Notes under the pieces: generated by a model
What the model was told of the DNA's origin: nothing
What the model saw: only the letters and a program-made list of their open reading frames with translations
Database searches by the model: none
Part shown: positions 34,666 through 44,041 of the stretch, one piece after another
Layout: each line of letters begins with the position of its first letter
Position numbering within the stretch: the first letter of the stretch is position 1
Source: Myxococcota bacterium
GTDB taxonomy: Bacteria; Myxococcota_A; UBA9160; UBA4427
Assembly (NCBI GenBank): GCA_965250285.1
Contig: OZ252299.1
Coordinates: forward strand, 2,848,001-2,912,000
Length of the DNA stretch: 64,000 bases
Direction of reading: 5' to 3'
Program-made: the position numbers and the translations under genes

Positions 34666-35223
34666 CTAGATGCCGCGCCCCATCGAGGCGGGCGTCGGGC
34701 CAGCGGCGTCGCCTCGATCGTGATCGCGCAGGAACGAGCGGAAGTCGCTCGCCGATCCCACGAAGACCTTGATGAACTCGGTGATGATGAGGTCGGTCAT
34801 CCCCGCGTTGGCGAGCAGGTCGGCCTCGAGCACCGGATCGGCTTCGCCGTCGATGTAGGCGCGCGAGAGGCGACGGCGCATGTTCCACTGATTGATGTCT
34901 TCGGTGGTCACGTTCACGCCGGTGATCCCGAAATAGAGCTGGAGATCGCCGTCGTCGTAGAGGAAGAGCACATACTGGCTGCCGTCGGCCTTGAAGAGCA
35001 CGCGGTTCTCTTCTCGCTCGACGCTGCCATAGCCCTCGCCGCGCACGAGTCGCTCGAGCTCTTTGGCATCGTAGCGCCGCAAGCGCTCCTCGGATTCGTC
35101 GGCCGAAGCCAGTGAAGGCATCCACAGCGCGGCCAGCACGATCGCGGCGAGGCCGACGCGCGCACCCCGCTTGACGAGCGCAACGAGACGCCCACTGGTT
35201 GCATGTCGAACGTGCGTAGCCAT
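34666..35223 (-). CDS. YbjN domain-containing exported protein
   Basis: Strong SD GGAGGAGG. Signal peptide ending SLASA. INQWN..RRLSRAYID...DPVLEADL motif. Confidence 0.75.
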   Translation of the reverse strand: MATHVRHATSGRLVALVKRGARVGLAAIVLAALWMPSLASADESEERLRRYDAKELERLVRGEGYGSVEREENRVLFKADGSQYVLFLYDDGDLQLYFGITGVNVTTEDINQWNMRRRLSRAYIDGEADPVLEADLLANAGMTDLIITEFIKVFVGSASDFRSFLRDHDRGDAAGPTPASMGRGI

Positions 35224-35421
35224 GCGTCCTCCTCCGAGCCCGTACACCGCGACGACGCCACGGTCTCATTCGCGCATCGGGTGCACGGGGGCTGCAGTTG
35301 AGGATGGCGCGCACGCGCGCTCGGTTCGAAGCGAACGCGCGCGCATCAGACGCAAGTCGAGTGCAAGTCAGCGGTAGGAGCGCGGCAGGTGCGACGGCCG
35401 CAGTCGCGGCGCGGCCGGCTT

Positions 35422-36162
35422 TCAGCGACCGCGTTGGGCGCGGTTGCGGAAGCCCTTGCGGGGGCCGGGCACATGGCCCTGACGCATCGAGGCCGGCAGC
35501 TTCTCGAGCTTGAGCCCGTACCACTGGGTCCCGAAGCGCTTCATGTTGAGCTTCTTGTTGTTCTGGAGCCGCAACAGGTTGTCCTTGGTCGACTCGCTCG
35601 AAGACTCGACCTTGAGCGCCTTCTGCAGCTGCTCGATCGCCGCCTCACGCTCGCCTTCCTTCGAGAGAATGAACGCATAGACGTGGTAGAGCAGGATCTG
35701 CTTCTTGTTTGCCCGGATCGCGACGTCGAGCACTTCCTTCGCTTCGTCGACCTTCTTGCGGCGGTAGAGCAGCGCGGCGCGGGCGAGCTGGGCGTCGGGT
35801 ACGCGGAGCCCCGCCTTCTGGAGATACTCGAGCGCCTGATCGTCCTTGTCGGTCGCGTACGCGATCAGCCCCATCTGTGCATGGATCTGTCCCGACAGGA
35901 GCACCTGCCAGCGCGCGAGCGGCAGCAGCTCTTCGAGGCTCTTGATCGCGTTCTGGTGCGCGCCCGATTGCAGCTGGCGACCGATCTGTTCGAAGGCGGG
36001 TTCGATGCGCTTGGCAAGCACGCGCGAGGTCAACACGAAAGTGACGATCGCCACCAGCGCGCCGAGGATGATGCCCATCGCCCAGGTCTTCCAGAAGCCC
36101 GCAAAGGTGTACCCCGCGCCCACGGCCGCGCCGAGCAGGATGGAGACGATGATGGTGTACAC
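35422..36162 (-). CDS. Membrane-anchored tetratricopeptide-repeat protein
   Basis: Two N-terminal TM segments followed by TPR-like helices (ALEYLQKA, AKEVLDVAI, AIEQLQKAL). GTG start inferred. Confidence 0.75.
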   Translation of the reverse strand: MYTIIVSILLGAAVGAGYTFAGFWKTWAMGIILGALVAIVTFVLTSRVLAKRIEPAFEQIGRQLQSGAHQNAIKSLEELLPLARWQVLLSGQIHAQMGLIAYATDKDDQALEYLQKAGLRVPDAQLARAALLYRRKKVDEAKEVLDVAIRANKKQILLYHVYAFILSKEGEREAAIEQLQKALKVESSSESTKDNLLRLQNNKKLNMKRFGTQWYGLKLEKLPASMRQGHVPGPRKGFRNRAQRGR

Positions 36163-36483
36163 GCTGGTGTAGGCCTCCGCGCCCCGGGGTGAACACACGC
36201 GACGCGCGAAGGATGCGCGCGCCCCCGGGTTTCGACAGGGCGCGGAATCTACCGGACCTGCGCTTGAGCTGCATACGCGTTCGCAGGCGAAGCCAGAACT
36301 GTGCGGAGAGCAGCCCTGAAGGCGGCTTCCGGCGATCTTCGTCACCCAGTCGTCGACTTGATCCGCCGCTCAGCTGATATCATGCGCGGCGTTGCGATCG
36401 GATCGCCGAACCAGGCCGTGTGTCGAGCTGGCCGCGCTGCCCCGCGACGCCCGAGACAGAACCCCACGACGCCTGGACGATGT

Positions 36484-39438
36484 ATGCGAGTCCGAGATCT
36501 CTCTGCCCTGACCTTCCGCTCACTCGGACTGGCTTTCGTCTTCACCGCGTTCGTCGCACACGGAGCGTCTGCGACGACCGACAGCTGCCCGACGGATGAT
36601 CCGCGGCCGGTCTTTGCCGGTCACAACTTTCCGCTCGACACCTCGCTCACGCCGACCGCACTCCGGTCGGTCGAGGCGTATCCCAACCTCCCGGGCTTCG
36701 CGTTTCCCTCGGATGTCGTCTCGGCGAACGACGGCACGGGCCGACTCTTCGTCGTCGAGGGCCCCGGACGCATTCGCACCTTCGTCGACGATCCCGAAGC
36801 GCAGTCGGTCACGACGTGGCTCGACATCCGATCGCAAAGCGCCCCACTCGGACCGCCCTTCCACAATGGCTTCGGCAGTGAGCTCGGGCTGCTCGGCCTC
36901 GCCTTCGACCCCGACTTCGCGAATCCCGCAAGCGACCACTACGGCGAGTTCTACGTGAACTACGCAGCCGAGGGCACCGCCCAAGGATCGGCGCGGCCAC
37001 AGGACGACTGCGGCGGCTCGCCCTACTGCACGAAGATCGTCCGCTACCGCGTCGCCGACCACACGCAGCCAAGCGTCGACATCTCGACGGGTGAGCTCGT
37101 CATGCAGTTCCGGCAGCCCTTCGGCAATCACAACGCCGGGCACATGCACTTCAGCCCCGATCCGAACGACCCGTACCTCTACATCTCGAGCGGTGACGGC
37201 GGCAGCGGCGGCGACCCGAACGAAGACGGGCAGAACACGTCGACGCTGCTCGGCGCCATTCTGCGCATCGACGTGCGGGGCCAGAGCACGTACGCGATCC
37301 CGCCGGACAACCCGTTCGCAGACGGCGTCGGAGGCAAGCCCGAGATCTACCACTGGGGCCTGCGCAACCCGTATCGCATGAAGTTCGACAGCGAGCCTCC
37401 GTACGACCTGTGGATCGGGGATGTCGGCCAGGGAGCGTGGGAAGAGGTCGACCGAGCCCCGGGTGGCGTCGCTGGGCTGAACTTCGGTTGGGATCTCTGC
37501 GAAGGCACGAAGATTCATCCCGACCAGAACCCCGACAAGCCGTGCACCGAAGAGAGCTTCAACTCGCTCTCGGTCGGCATTCAGGATGGGCGCAGCTGGC
37601 CGAGCGAAGACCCCACGCCCCCCGTGATCGAGTATCCGCGCGCCGGGGGGGCTGCCGTGGTCGGCGGGCCGGTCTATCGCGGCAGCGCGCTGCCCGAGCT
37701 CTACGGCCAGTACGTCTTCGCCGACTACAGCTCAGGGGGGATCTTTTCGTGGGACCGCTCGACCGTCGACCCCGTGAGCGGGTTGGGGACGCGTGAGACG
37801 TTGACGACCGGCGGCGGGCTGGCCTCGGCGATCGGCGAGGATGCGAACGGCGAGCTGTTGATCGTGCGCTACAGCGGTAGCGCGCGCTTGCATCGACTCG
37901 AGTATGCAGACACACCCGGTGGAGGCTTCCCTGAGGTGCTCTCGGAGACCGGGCTCTTCGATGACGTCGCGACGCTGACCCCCGCACCGGGCATGATCGA
38001 GTACGAGGTCGCCGCCCCCTTCTGGAGCGACAACGCCTTGAAGCGGCGATGGATCGCGCTTCCGGCCGACGAAACGATCGAGTTCTCGGCCCGCGACAGC
38101 TGGGACTTCCCGGTCGGCACGGTGCTCGTCAAGCACTTCGCGTTGCCCACGGGCGACACCGAGGTCGCGCTCGAGACGCGCATCTTCATTCGTCAGAACG
38201 ACGACTGGCTCGGCTTCACGTATTGGCACGACGGCTCGGGCGACGCCGTCCTGCTCACGCGTTCGGTCGCGCTCGAGGTCGAGTGGGAAGAGGACGGCGA
38301 GCCGAAGGCCCAGACCTGGACGATCCCGTCGCCTTCCGAGTGCTTCTCGTGTCACACCGAGGCCGCGGGTCGCGTGCTCGGTGTTCGAACGGGCCAGCTC
38401 AACCGACTCGACCCCGATGGCTGGGATCAGCTGGAGCGCTGGAGCTGCCGGGATCTGTTCCGGTACCGCATCGGGTGGTCATCGGACTTCGAGGCCTGGG
38501 CCGCCCCCGACGATGTCGGCGCCCATCCCCAGGAGCAGGCGCGCGCCCACCTCGCCAGCAACTGCGCGATGTGCCACCAGCCCGAGGGCCCGGCCCTGGG
38601 CCAGATGGACATGCGCATCCACACCCGTCTCGGTGACATGAACCTGATCGGCGTCGAGGCGTCGTTCGGCGATCTCGGCGTGCCCGCGACGGCGCTGCGC
38701 ATCGAGGCGGGCGACCATGCAGCGAGCGTGCTGTGGCAGCGCATGGCCACGAGCGATGCAGGCGTGCGCATGCCCCGCGGCACGCTGATCCCCGACCCGG
38801 TGCACGTCCCGATCCTCGCCGCGTTCATCGACGGGCTCCCGACCGACCCGAACCTGCTCGACAGCGACCTCGACGGGCTCGGCGACGGGCCGGGCGGCGA
38901 CAACTGCCCCGACGTCGCCAACGCGGATCAGCTCGACAGCGATGACGACGGTGAGGGCGACGCCTGCGATCCCGAGTGGGCCCCCGATCTCTTCGGCGCC
39001 GTGACGGCCGCACCGCAGGTGCAGGTCGGCACGACGACCACGGCTCGACTCGATGCGCTCAACGCGGGCGTCAGCGACGCCCCATCGACCCAGATGACGC
39101 TCTATCTGTCCGAGGACGCCACGTTCGACCCCGATACGGACCCGCTCGTCGGCGGCTGTCGCGCCCCCTCGACGCGTCCATTCGGCCCCGCCGCTTGCCT
39201 CGACACGGCCGTCGAAGTCCCTGCCGAGCTCGCCGACCTGATGGACGAGCAAGAAGAGACGTTCTTCTGGATCTCCTGTGCGGACGAGCCCGATGCGGTG
39301 TTCGAGCGCAACGAGCAGAACAACTGCACGCCCGAGCCGGTGGTCGTCCGCATCCCCGAGCCGAGCAGCTCGATGCAGGCGGTCTTCGGGCTGGCGACGC
39401 TGATCGCGCTGCGCATGCGATCCCGCAGGCGGCGCTGA
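36484..39438 (+). CDS. PQQ-dependent sugar (glucose/sorbosone) dehydrogenase + diheme cytochrome c + TSP3 repeat + CARDB-like domain + PEP-CTERM
   Basis: Signal peptide, ELGLLGLAFDPDF, NHNAG, GDGG.GGDP, WGLRNPYR, DVGQGAWEEVD, CFSCH (38341), CAMCH (38563), DNCPDVANADQLDSDDDGEGDACD, ERNEQNN, IPEP-TM-RSRRRR. Confidence 0.85.
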   Translation: MRVRDLSALTFRSLGLAFVFTAFVAHGASATTDSCPTDDPRPVFAGHNFPLDTSLTPTALRSVEAYPNLPGFAFPSDVVSANDGTGRLFVVEGPGRIRTFVDDPEAQSVTTWLDIRSQSAPLGPPFHNGFGSELGLLGLAFDPDFANPASDHYGEFYVNYAAEGTAQGSARPQDDCGGSPYCTKIVRYRVADHTQPSVDISTGELVMQFRQPFGNHNAGHMHFSPDPNDPYLYISSGDGGSGGDPNEDGQNTSTLLGAILRIDVRGQSTYAIPPDNPFADGVGGKPEIYHWGLRNPYRMKFDSEPPYDLWIGDVGQGAWEEVDRAPGGVAGLNFGWDLCEGTKIHPDQNPDKPCTEESFNSLSVGIQDGRSWPSEDPTPPVIEYPRAGGAAVVGGPVYRGSALPELYGQYVFADYSSGGIFSWDRSTVDPVSGLGTRETLTTGGGLASAIGEDANGELLIVRYSGSARLHRLEYADTPGGGFPEVLSETGLFDDVATLTPAPGMIEYEVAAPFWSDNALKRRWIALPADETIEFSARDSWDFPVGTVLVKHFALPTGDTEVALETRIFIRQNDDWLGFTYWHDGSGDAVLLTRSVALEVEWEEDGEPKAQTWTIPSPSECFSCHTEAAGRVLGVRTGQLNRLDPDGWDQLERWSCRDLFRYRIGWSSDFEAWAAPDDVGAHPQEQARAHLASNCAMCHQPEGPALGQMDMRIHTRLGDMNLIGVEASFGDLGVPATALRIEAGDHAASVLWQRMATSDAGVRMPRGTLIPDPVHVPILAAFIDGLPTDPNLLDSDLDGLGDGPGGDNCPDVANADQLDSDDDGEGDACDPEWAPDLFGAVTAAPQVQVGTTTTARLDALNAGVSDAPSTQMTLYLSEDATFDPDTDPLVGGCRAPSTRPFGPAACLDTAVEVPAELADLMDEQEETFFWISCADEPDAVFERNEQNNCTPEPVVVRIPEPSSSMQAVFGLATLIALRMRSRRRR

Positions 39439-39507
39439 ACAAAGCCTCGGTTTGTGGGCGAGCCCGTACCCCGGGCGATCACGGCTCACCCGAAGCAGAC
39501 GGCTCGC

Positions 39508-40086
39508 TCAGGCGACCTCGGAAGCGCTCGTGATGATGCTGCCGACCAGGCCGTACTCGAGCGCCTGGGGTGCATCCATCCAGAAGTTGCGGTCGCTGTC
39601 CGAGGCGACACGCTCGACGCTCTGACCGGTCTCGGTCGAGATCAGCGTGTTGATGCGCTCGCGCAGCTTCAGGATCTCTTCGGCGGCGATGCGAATGTCG
39701 GAGGCCTGACCGCCGGCGCCGCCCGAGGGCTGATGCAGCAGGAAGCGCGTGTTCGGGAGCGAGTAGCGATGCTCCTTCGGCGCGGAGAGAAGGATTGGAA
39801 CACCGATGCTCGCCACCCAGCCCGCTCCGATCGTGCGGATGGGGGACGTCACGTATCGCAGCAGATCGTGGATCGCGAAGCCCGAGTCGACGTGCCCGCC
39901 CTGACTCGTGACCATGATGCGGATCGGCTCGTGGTTCTCGGCATCGAGCACCAGCACCTGACCCATGACACGCTCGGCGAGCTTCTCGTTCACCTCGCCC
40001 GAGACCAGCACCGTGCGCGTCGCGAGCATGCGCGCAATCAGGTTCTCGCCGCCCTGCTTCTCTTCGTTGTTCTCGGCGTCGGCCAT
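39508..40086 (-). CDS. clpP: ATP-dependent Clp protease proteolytic subunit
   Basis: SQGGHV..G.AIHD, GWVASIG (Ser), LPNTRFLLHQPSGG (His), DRNFWM...ALEYGLV. Start at MADAE (40086); 40125 also possible. Confidence 0.93.
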   Translation of the reverse strand: MADAENNEEKQGGENLIARMLATRTVLVSGEVNEKLAERVMGQVLVLDAENHEPIRIMVTSQGGHVDSGFAIHDLLRYVTSPIRTIGAGWVASIGVPILLSAPKEHRYSLPNTRFLLHQPSGGAGGQASDIRIAAEEILKLRERINTLISTETGQSVERVASDSDRNFWMDAPQALEYGLVGSIITSASEVA

Positions 40087-40301
40087 CGCCTGCCTGTGAT
40101 GCCGCTCGATCCGGTGCGTTGCCATGGACGGTCTCCCACCTCTCTGGCGGCACCAGCGGCACCGCTCCCTTGCCTCGATCTGCGCGCCGGACGGTAGCAG
40201 GACACCGGCCGACCGGGAGGTGCGCACCCCGAGACCGCGCGGATACACTCGCGGGCCCGCCACCGGTTCGCTCCGAGGTGGCCCAGAAGGAGGAGGGGAT
40301 C

Positions 40302-41891
40302 GTGGAAGTCCCGCTGCTCGTCGATGATTTCCTGCGCCGCGCCGCCACCGTCTATGCGGACAAGACCGCCGTGGTCGACGGCGATCTGCGCTTCACGTAC
40401 CGCGAGCTGCAGGCCCGCGTGAACCAGCTGTCGCGGGCGCTCCTCGAAGCCGGCATCGAGCCGGGCGATCGCGTCTGCATCTTGAGCCCCAACTCGCACT
40501 TCTTCCTCGAGAGCTTCTACGCCACGGCCCAGGTCGGCATCATCCTCGTTCCGCTGAACTACCGGCTGGTCGCGGCCGATCACGAGTACATCCTGAACCA
40601 CGCCGGCGTACGCGCCGTGCTCGTCGACTGGGAGTACACGAAGGTCATCGACGAGATCCGAGGCCAGCTGCCGATGGTCGAGCACTGGATCGTGGCCAAG
40701 GACGGGTTGCCTCACGAAGGCGAGACCCCCGACGGCTGGACCGACTGGAACGAGCTGATCGCGGATGAAGCCACGAAGGCCCCGCCCGAGGTGCCGCGCA
40801 ACGAGAACGACGTGGTCTCGATCAACTACACGTCGGGCACGACCGCGCGGCCCAAGGGCGTGATGCTCACGCATCGCAACTGCTACCTGAATGCGCTGCA
40901 CTTCTGCATCCACCTGCGATTGGGGCACGAGGACGTCGAGCTCTGGACGCTGCCGATGTTCCACTGCAACGGCTGGGGCGGTGTCTATGCGCTCACGGGT
41001 GTCGCAGGCACGCACGTCATTCTGCGCGCCATCGACGGCCAGCGGATCCACGAGCTGATCGAGCACGAGAAGGTCACGTTCGCCTGCATGGCCCCGGCGG
41101 TCCTGCGGACCGTGCTCGACTATGAAGACGCGGCGAAGCACGACATCACGACCAAGCCACGATTCGTCGTCGCGGGAGCGCCGCCGCCGGCGGCCTTCAT
41201 CGAGCGCCTCGAGAAGGAGCGCGGCTGGCAGTTCATCGAGATCTACGGGCTGACCGAGACGACCCCCATCCTGACGGCGCAGCATCCCGACGCGAACACG
41301 GCACCCGACGACTGGACCCGGCGCGCGAGCGCGGGCGTCCCGGTGATCGGCGTGCGCGTCGGTGTGTTCGACGAGAACGGCCGACCGGTGCCGAAGGACG
41401 GCGAGACCCAGGGTGAGGTCTGCGCGCGGTCGAACGTGGTCTTCAAGGGCTACTACGAGCAGCCCGAACAGACCGACGCGGCCATCGTCGACGGCTGGTT
41501 CCATACGGGTGACCTCGGCGTCTGGGACGAGCACGAGACGATCTTCATCGTGGACCGAAAGAAGGACGTGATCATCTCGGGCGGCGAGAACATCTCGTCA
41601 CCCGAGATCGAGGACGCCCTCTTCCAGAACCCCGAGATCCTCGAATGCGCGGTCATCGGCGTCCCCCATGAGAAGTGGGGCGAGACGCCCAAGGCCCTCG
41701 TCGTGTTGAAGCCGGATTCGAGCGAGACGGTCGAATCGCTGATGGCGTTCTGCAAGGAGAACCTGGCCGGGTTCAAGCGACCGACGTCGATCGAGATCGT
41801 CGACGAGCTGCCGCGCACCGCGACGGGCAAGCTCCAGAAGTTCAAGCTCAGGGAGAAGTACTGGGACGGCGTCGGCAAGCGCGTGAACTAG
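40302..41891 (+). CDS. Long-chain-fatty-acid--CoA ligase
   Basis: NYTSGTTARPKG, LPMFHCNGWG, YGLTET, GWFHTGDL, DRKKDVIISGGENISS, LPRTATGKLQK. Strong SD before GTG 40302. Confidence 0.93.
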   Translation: MEVPLLVDDFLRRAATVYADKTAVVDGDLRFTYRELQARVNQLSRALLEAGIEPGDRVCILSPNSHFFLESFYATAQVGIILVPLNYRLVAADHEYILNHAGVRAVLVDWEYTKVIDEIRGQLPMVEHWIVAKDGLPHEGETPDGWTDWNELIADEATKAPPEVPRNENDVVSINYTSGTTARPKGVMLTHRNCYLNALHFCIHLRLGHEDVELWTLPMFHCNGWGGVYALTGVAGTHVILRAIDGQRIHELIEHEKVTFACMAPAVLRTVLDYEDAAKHDITTKPRFVVAGAPPPAAFIERLEKERGWQFIEIYGLTETTPILTAQHPDANTAPDDWTRRASAGVPVIGVRVGVFDENGRPVPKDGETQGEVCARSNVVFKGYYEQPEQTDAAIVDGWFHTGDLGVWDEHETIFIVDRKKDVIISGGENISSPEIEDALFQNPEILECAVIGVPHEKWGETPKALVVLKPDSSETVESLMAFCKENLAGFKRPTSIEIVDELPRTATGKLQKFKLREKYWDGVGKRVN

Positions 41892-41944
41892 CGGCTTCCC
41901 GCGCATGCGGCGCAGCGCCGTATCGATCGGCGCCGAAGCCGCGC

Positions 41945-42838
41945 TCAGCCCTCGTGCACGACCAGTCGGTTGCGGCCCTGGGCCTTCGCCTCGTACAACG
42001 CGGCGTCGGCGGCCTTGATCACGGCCGACGGCTTCGGTCCGGTCGGGAGATCCTCGACCGAGACGAGGCCCGCGCTGACGGTGACCGGGCCCTGGTCGCT
42101 CGCCGTCGGGATCTCGGCCTCGGCGATCGCATCGAGCAAACGCCGCGCCGCGGAGGGCCCCTGCTCGGCGTCGGTCTGGCCGAAGATGACCGCGAACTCG
42201 TCGCCGCCAAAGCGCGCCGCGGCGTCGTAGGGGCGGCAGGTCGAGCCGATCACCTCGCCGAGCCGGCGCAGCACTTCGTCGCCGATGCCGTGGCCCAGGG
42301 CGTCGTTGATCTGCTTGAAGTGATCGACGTCGAGCATCAAGAGCGACAGCGGCGCGGCAGCGCGGTCCCACGCGGCCAGGGCAGCGAGCAGACCATCGTC
42401 GAAGGCCGCCCGGTTCTGCAGCCCGGTGAGGGCGTCGATGCGGGCCTGAACGCGCAGCAGGTCGACCATGCGTTTCGTACGCAGGCTCGCCCGCACTCGC
42501 GCGAGCAGCTCGAGCGGCTCGACGGGCTTGCGGATGTAGTCGTTCGCCCCGATCTCGAGCGCCCGGGCGACGTGGCCGGCATTGTGCGCCACGGTGAAGA
42601 AGAGGATCGGCACGTCCCGGGTTTCTTCGCACTCGCGCAGATGGCGGCAGACCTTGAGGCCGTCCATCCGCGGCAGGTTCATGTCGAGGATCACCAGGTC
42701 GGGGCGGTCCTGGGTCGCAATGCGAATGCCCTCGATCGGGTCTTCGGCGCCGAGCACCGTGAGGCCATCGGCGCCCAGCTGGAGCGCCACCGTGCGGTGG
42801 ATCGAAGGATCGTCGTCGATGATCAGGACGGTCGTCAT
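41945..42838 (-). CDS. Response regulator diguanylate cyclase (REC-GGDEF, PleD/WspR-like)
   Basis: VLIIDDD, PDLVILDMNLP, DYIRKP, D.LTGL.NR, DVDHFKQIND.LGH..GD, RPYD I-site, GGDEF. Confidence 0.95.
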   Translation of the reverse strand: MTTVLIIDDDPSIHRTVALQLGADGLTVLGAEDPIEGIRIATQDRPDLVILDMNLPRMDGLKVCRHLRECEETRDVPILFFTVAHNAGHVARALEIGANDYIRKPVEPLELLARVRASLRTKRMVDLLRVQARIDALTGLQNRAAFDDGLLAALAAWDRAAAPLSLLMLDVDHFKQINDALGHGIGDEVLRRLGEVIGSTCRPYDAAARFGGDEFAVIFGQTDAEQGPSAARRLLDAIAEAEIPTASDQGPVTVSAGLVSVEDLPTGPKPSAVIKAADAALYEAKAQGRNRLVVHEG

Positions 42839-42946
42839 GAGCGCGGCCTCGCGTCAGGGGCCCGGGGCGATGCCACTTGAATCGGGTGACCCAGCCGCTG
42901 GCTTGAGCCGTTGACGTCGCCCCCCGTCCCGACCGCGAGAACGCCC

Positions 42947-43846
42947 TCAGCCGCGCGGCTTGCGGGGCACCGTGTGCTCCCAGTCCTCGAGCACCGCACG
43001 CAGGCCCGTGATCAGCGCCAGGGGCTGGTCGAGCATGAGGTGGTGGTAGGCATCTGGGATCTCGATCACCGGCGCGCTCTTGCCGAGCAGCTCGTACATG
43101 TAGTCGCCGGTCTCGGGACTCACGAGACCGTACTCGGCCCGGAACACCGCGATGCGGCACCCGACCTTCGGCAGGATCTCGTGGCTCGATCGCGGCCGAA
43201 TGTTGCGGAAGATCGAGGGGTCGAACTTCCACGTCCAACCCCCGTCGACCTCGACCATCGACGTGCGCGCAATGTAGTCGACGATGTAGTCGTTCTCGCA
43301 CGGCTGCTCGGGGACGAGTCGAAAGTGCGCGAGCGCCTCTTCGGGCGTCGGGTAGGTCTTCGGGTTTCGGAACGCCTTGCCCCGAGAGCCCTCTTCGCTC
43401 TCGGGATCGGGCCGCGTCACGGGCGAGTCGAGGATCATCGCCCCGGCGAGGCGATCGCCATACTGCACGGCGGTCGTCATCGCGACGAAGCCGCCCATGC
43501 TGTGGCCCACGAGAACGGGCGCACCGACGATGCCGGCATCGGACGCCACGGCCATCACCTCGTCGGCCCATGTCTCGCGCTCATAGCCGCCCGAGCGCTT
43601 GCCGCTGTCGCCGTGGCCCGACAGATCGAGCGCGACCACGTGGTGATTGCGTGCGAGCTGGGGCGCGATGTAGGCCCACCAGTGTGCGTGGGCGGCGCCG
43701 CCGTGAATCAGGACGACTCCGGGCTTGCTGGCATCGCCCCATCGCAGATAGTTGATCGCGCAGCCATCGACGTCGACCTGGCTGCGCTGGTAGGGCGAAT
43801 TGATCGCCTCGAGAAACCAGCGGGGTGCGGCGGGGCGGGTGGTCAT
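42947..43846 (-). CDS. Alpha/beta hydrolase
   Basis: HGGAAH, DLSGHGDS, GHSMGG nucleophile elbow, HHLMLDQP. Confidence 0.9.
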   Translation of the reverse strand: MTTRPAAPRWFLEAINSPYQRSQVDVDGCAINYLRWGDASKPGVVLIHGGAAHAHWWAYIAPQLARNHHVVALDLSGHGDSGKRSGGYERETWADEVMAVASDAGIVGAPVLVGHSMGGFVAMTTAVQYGDRLAGAMILDSPVTRPDPESEEGSRGKAFRNPKTYPTPEEALAHFRLVPEQPCENDYIVDYIARTSMVEVDGGWTWKFDPSIFRNIRPRSSHEILPKVGCRIAVFRAEYGLVSPETGDYMYELLGKSAPVIEIPDAYHHLMLDQPLALITGLRAVLEDWEHTVPRKPRG

Positions 43847-44041
43847 GGGGCCTCCGGAGCCAGGGCGCGGCCCCACGGTTGTAGCTCACTCGCCCCGACG
43901 CAGCGGCGATCCGGGTCCGGCCGCGGGCATCCCCCGAGCCGAGGGGATCGGGTAGGCTGACCGTCTCGGCCGCACGCCCGCGAGGGGGGTGCGGTGCGCC
44001 CTCCCCGGTCGCGACCCGCGACGCGCAACTGGAGCCGAGCG

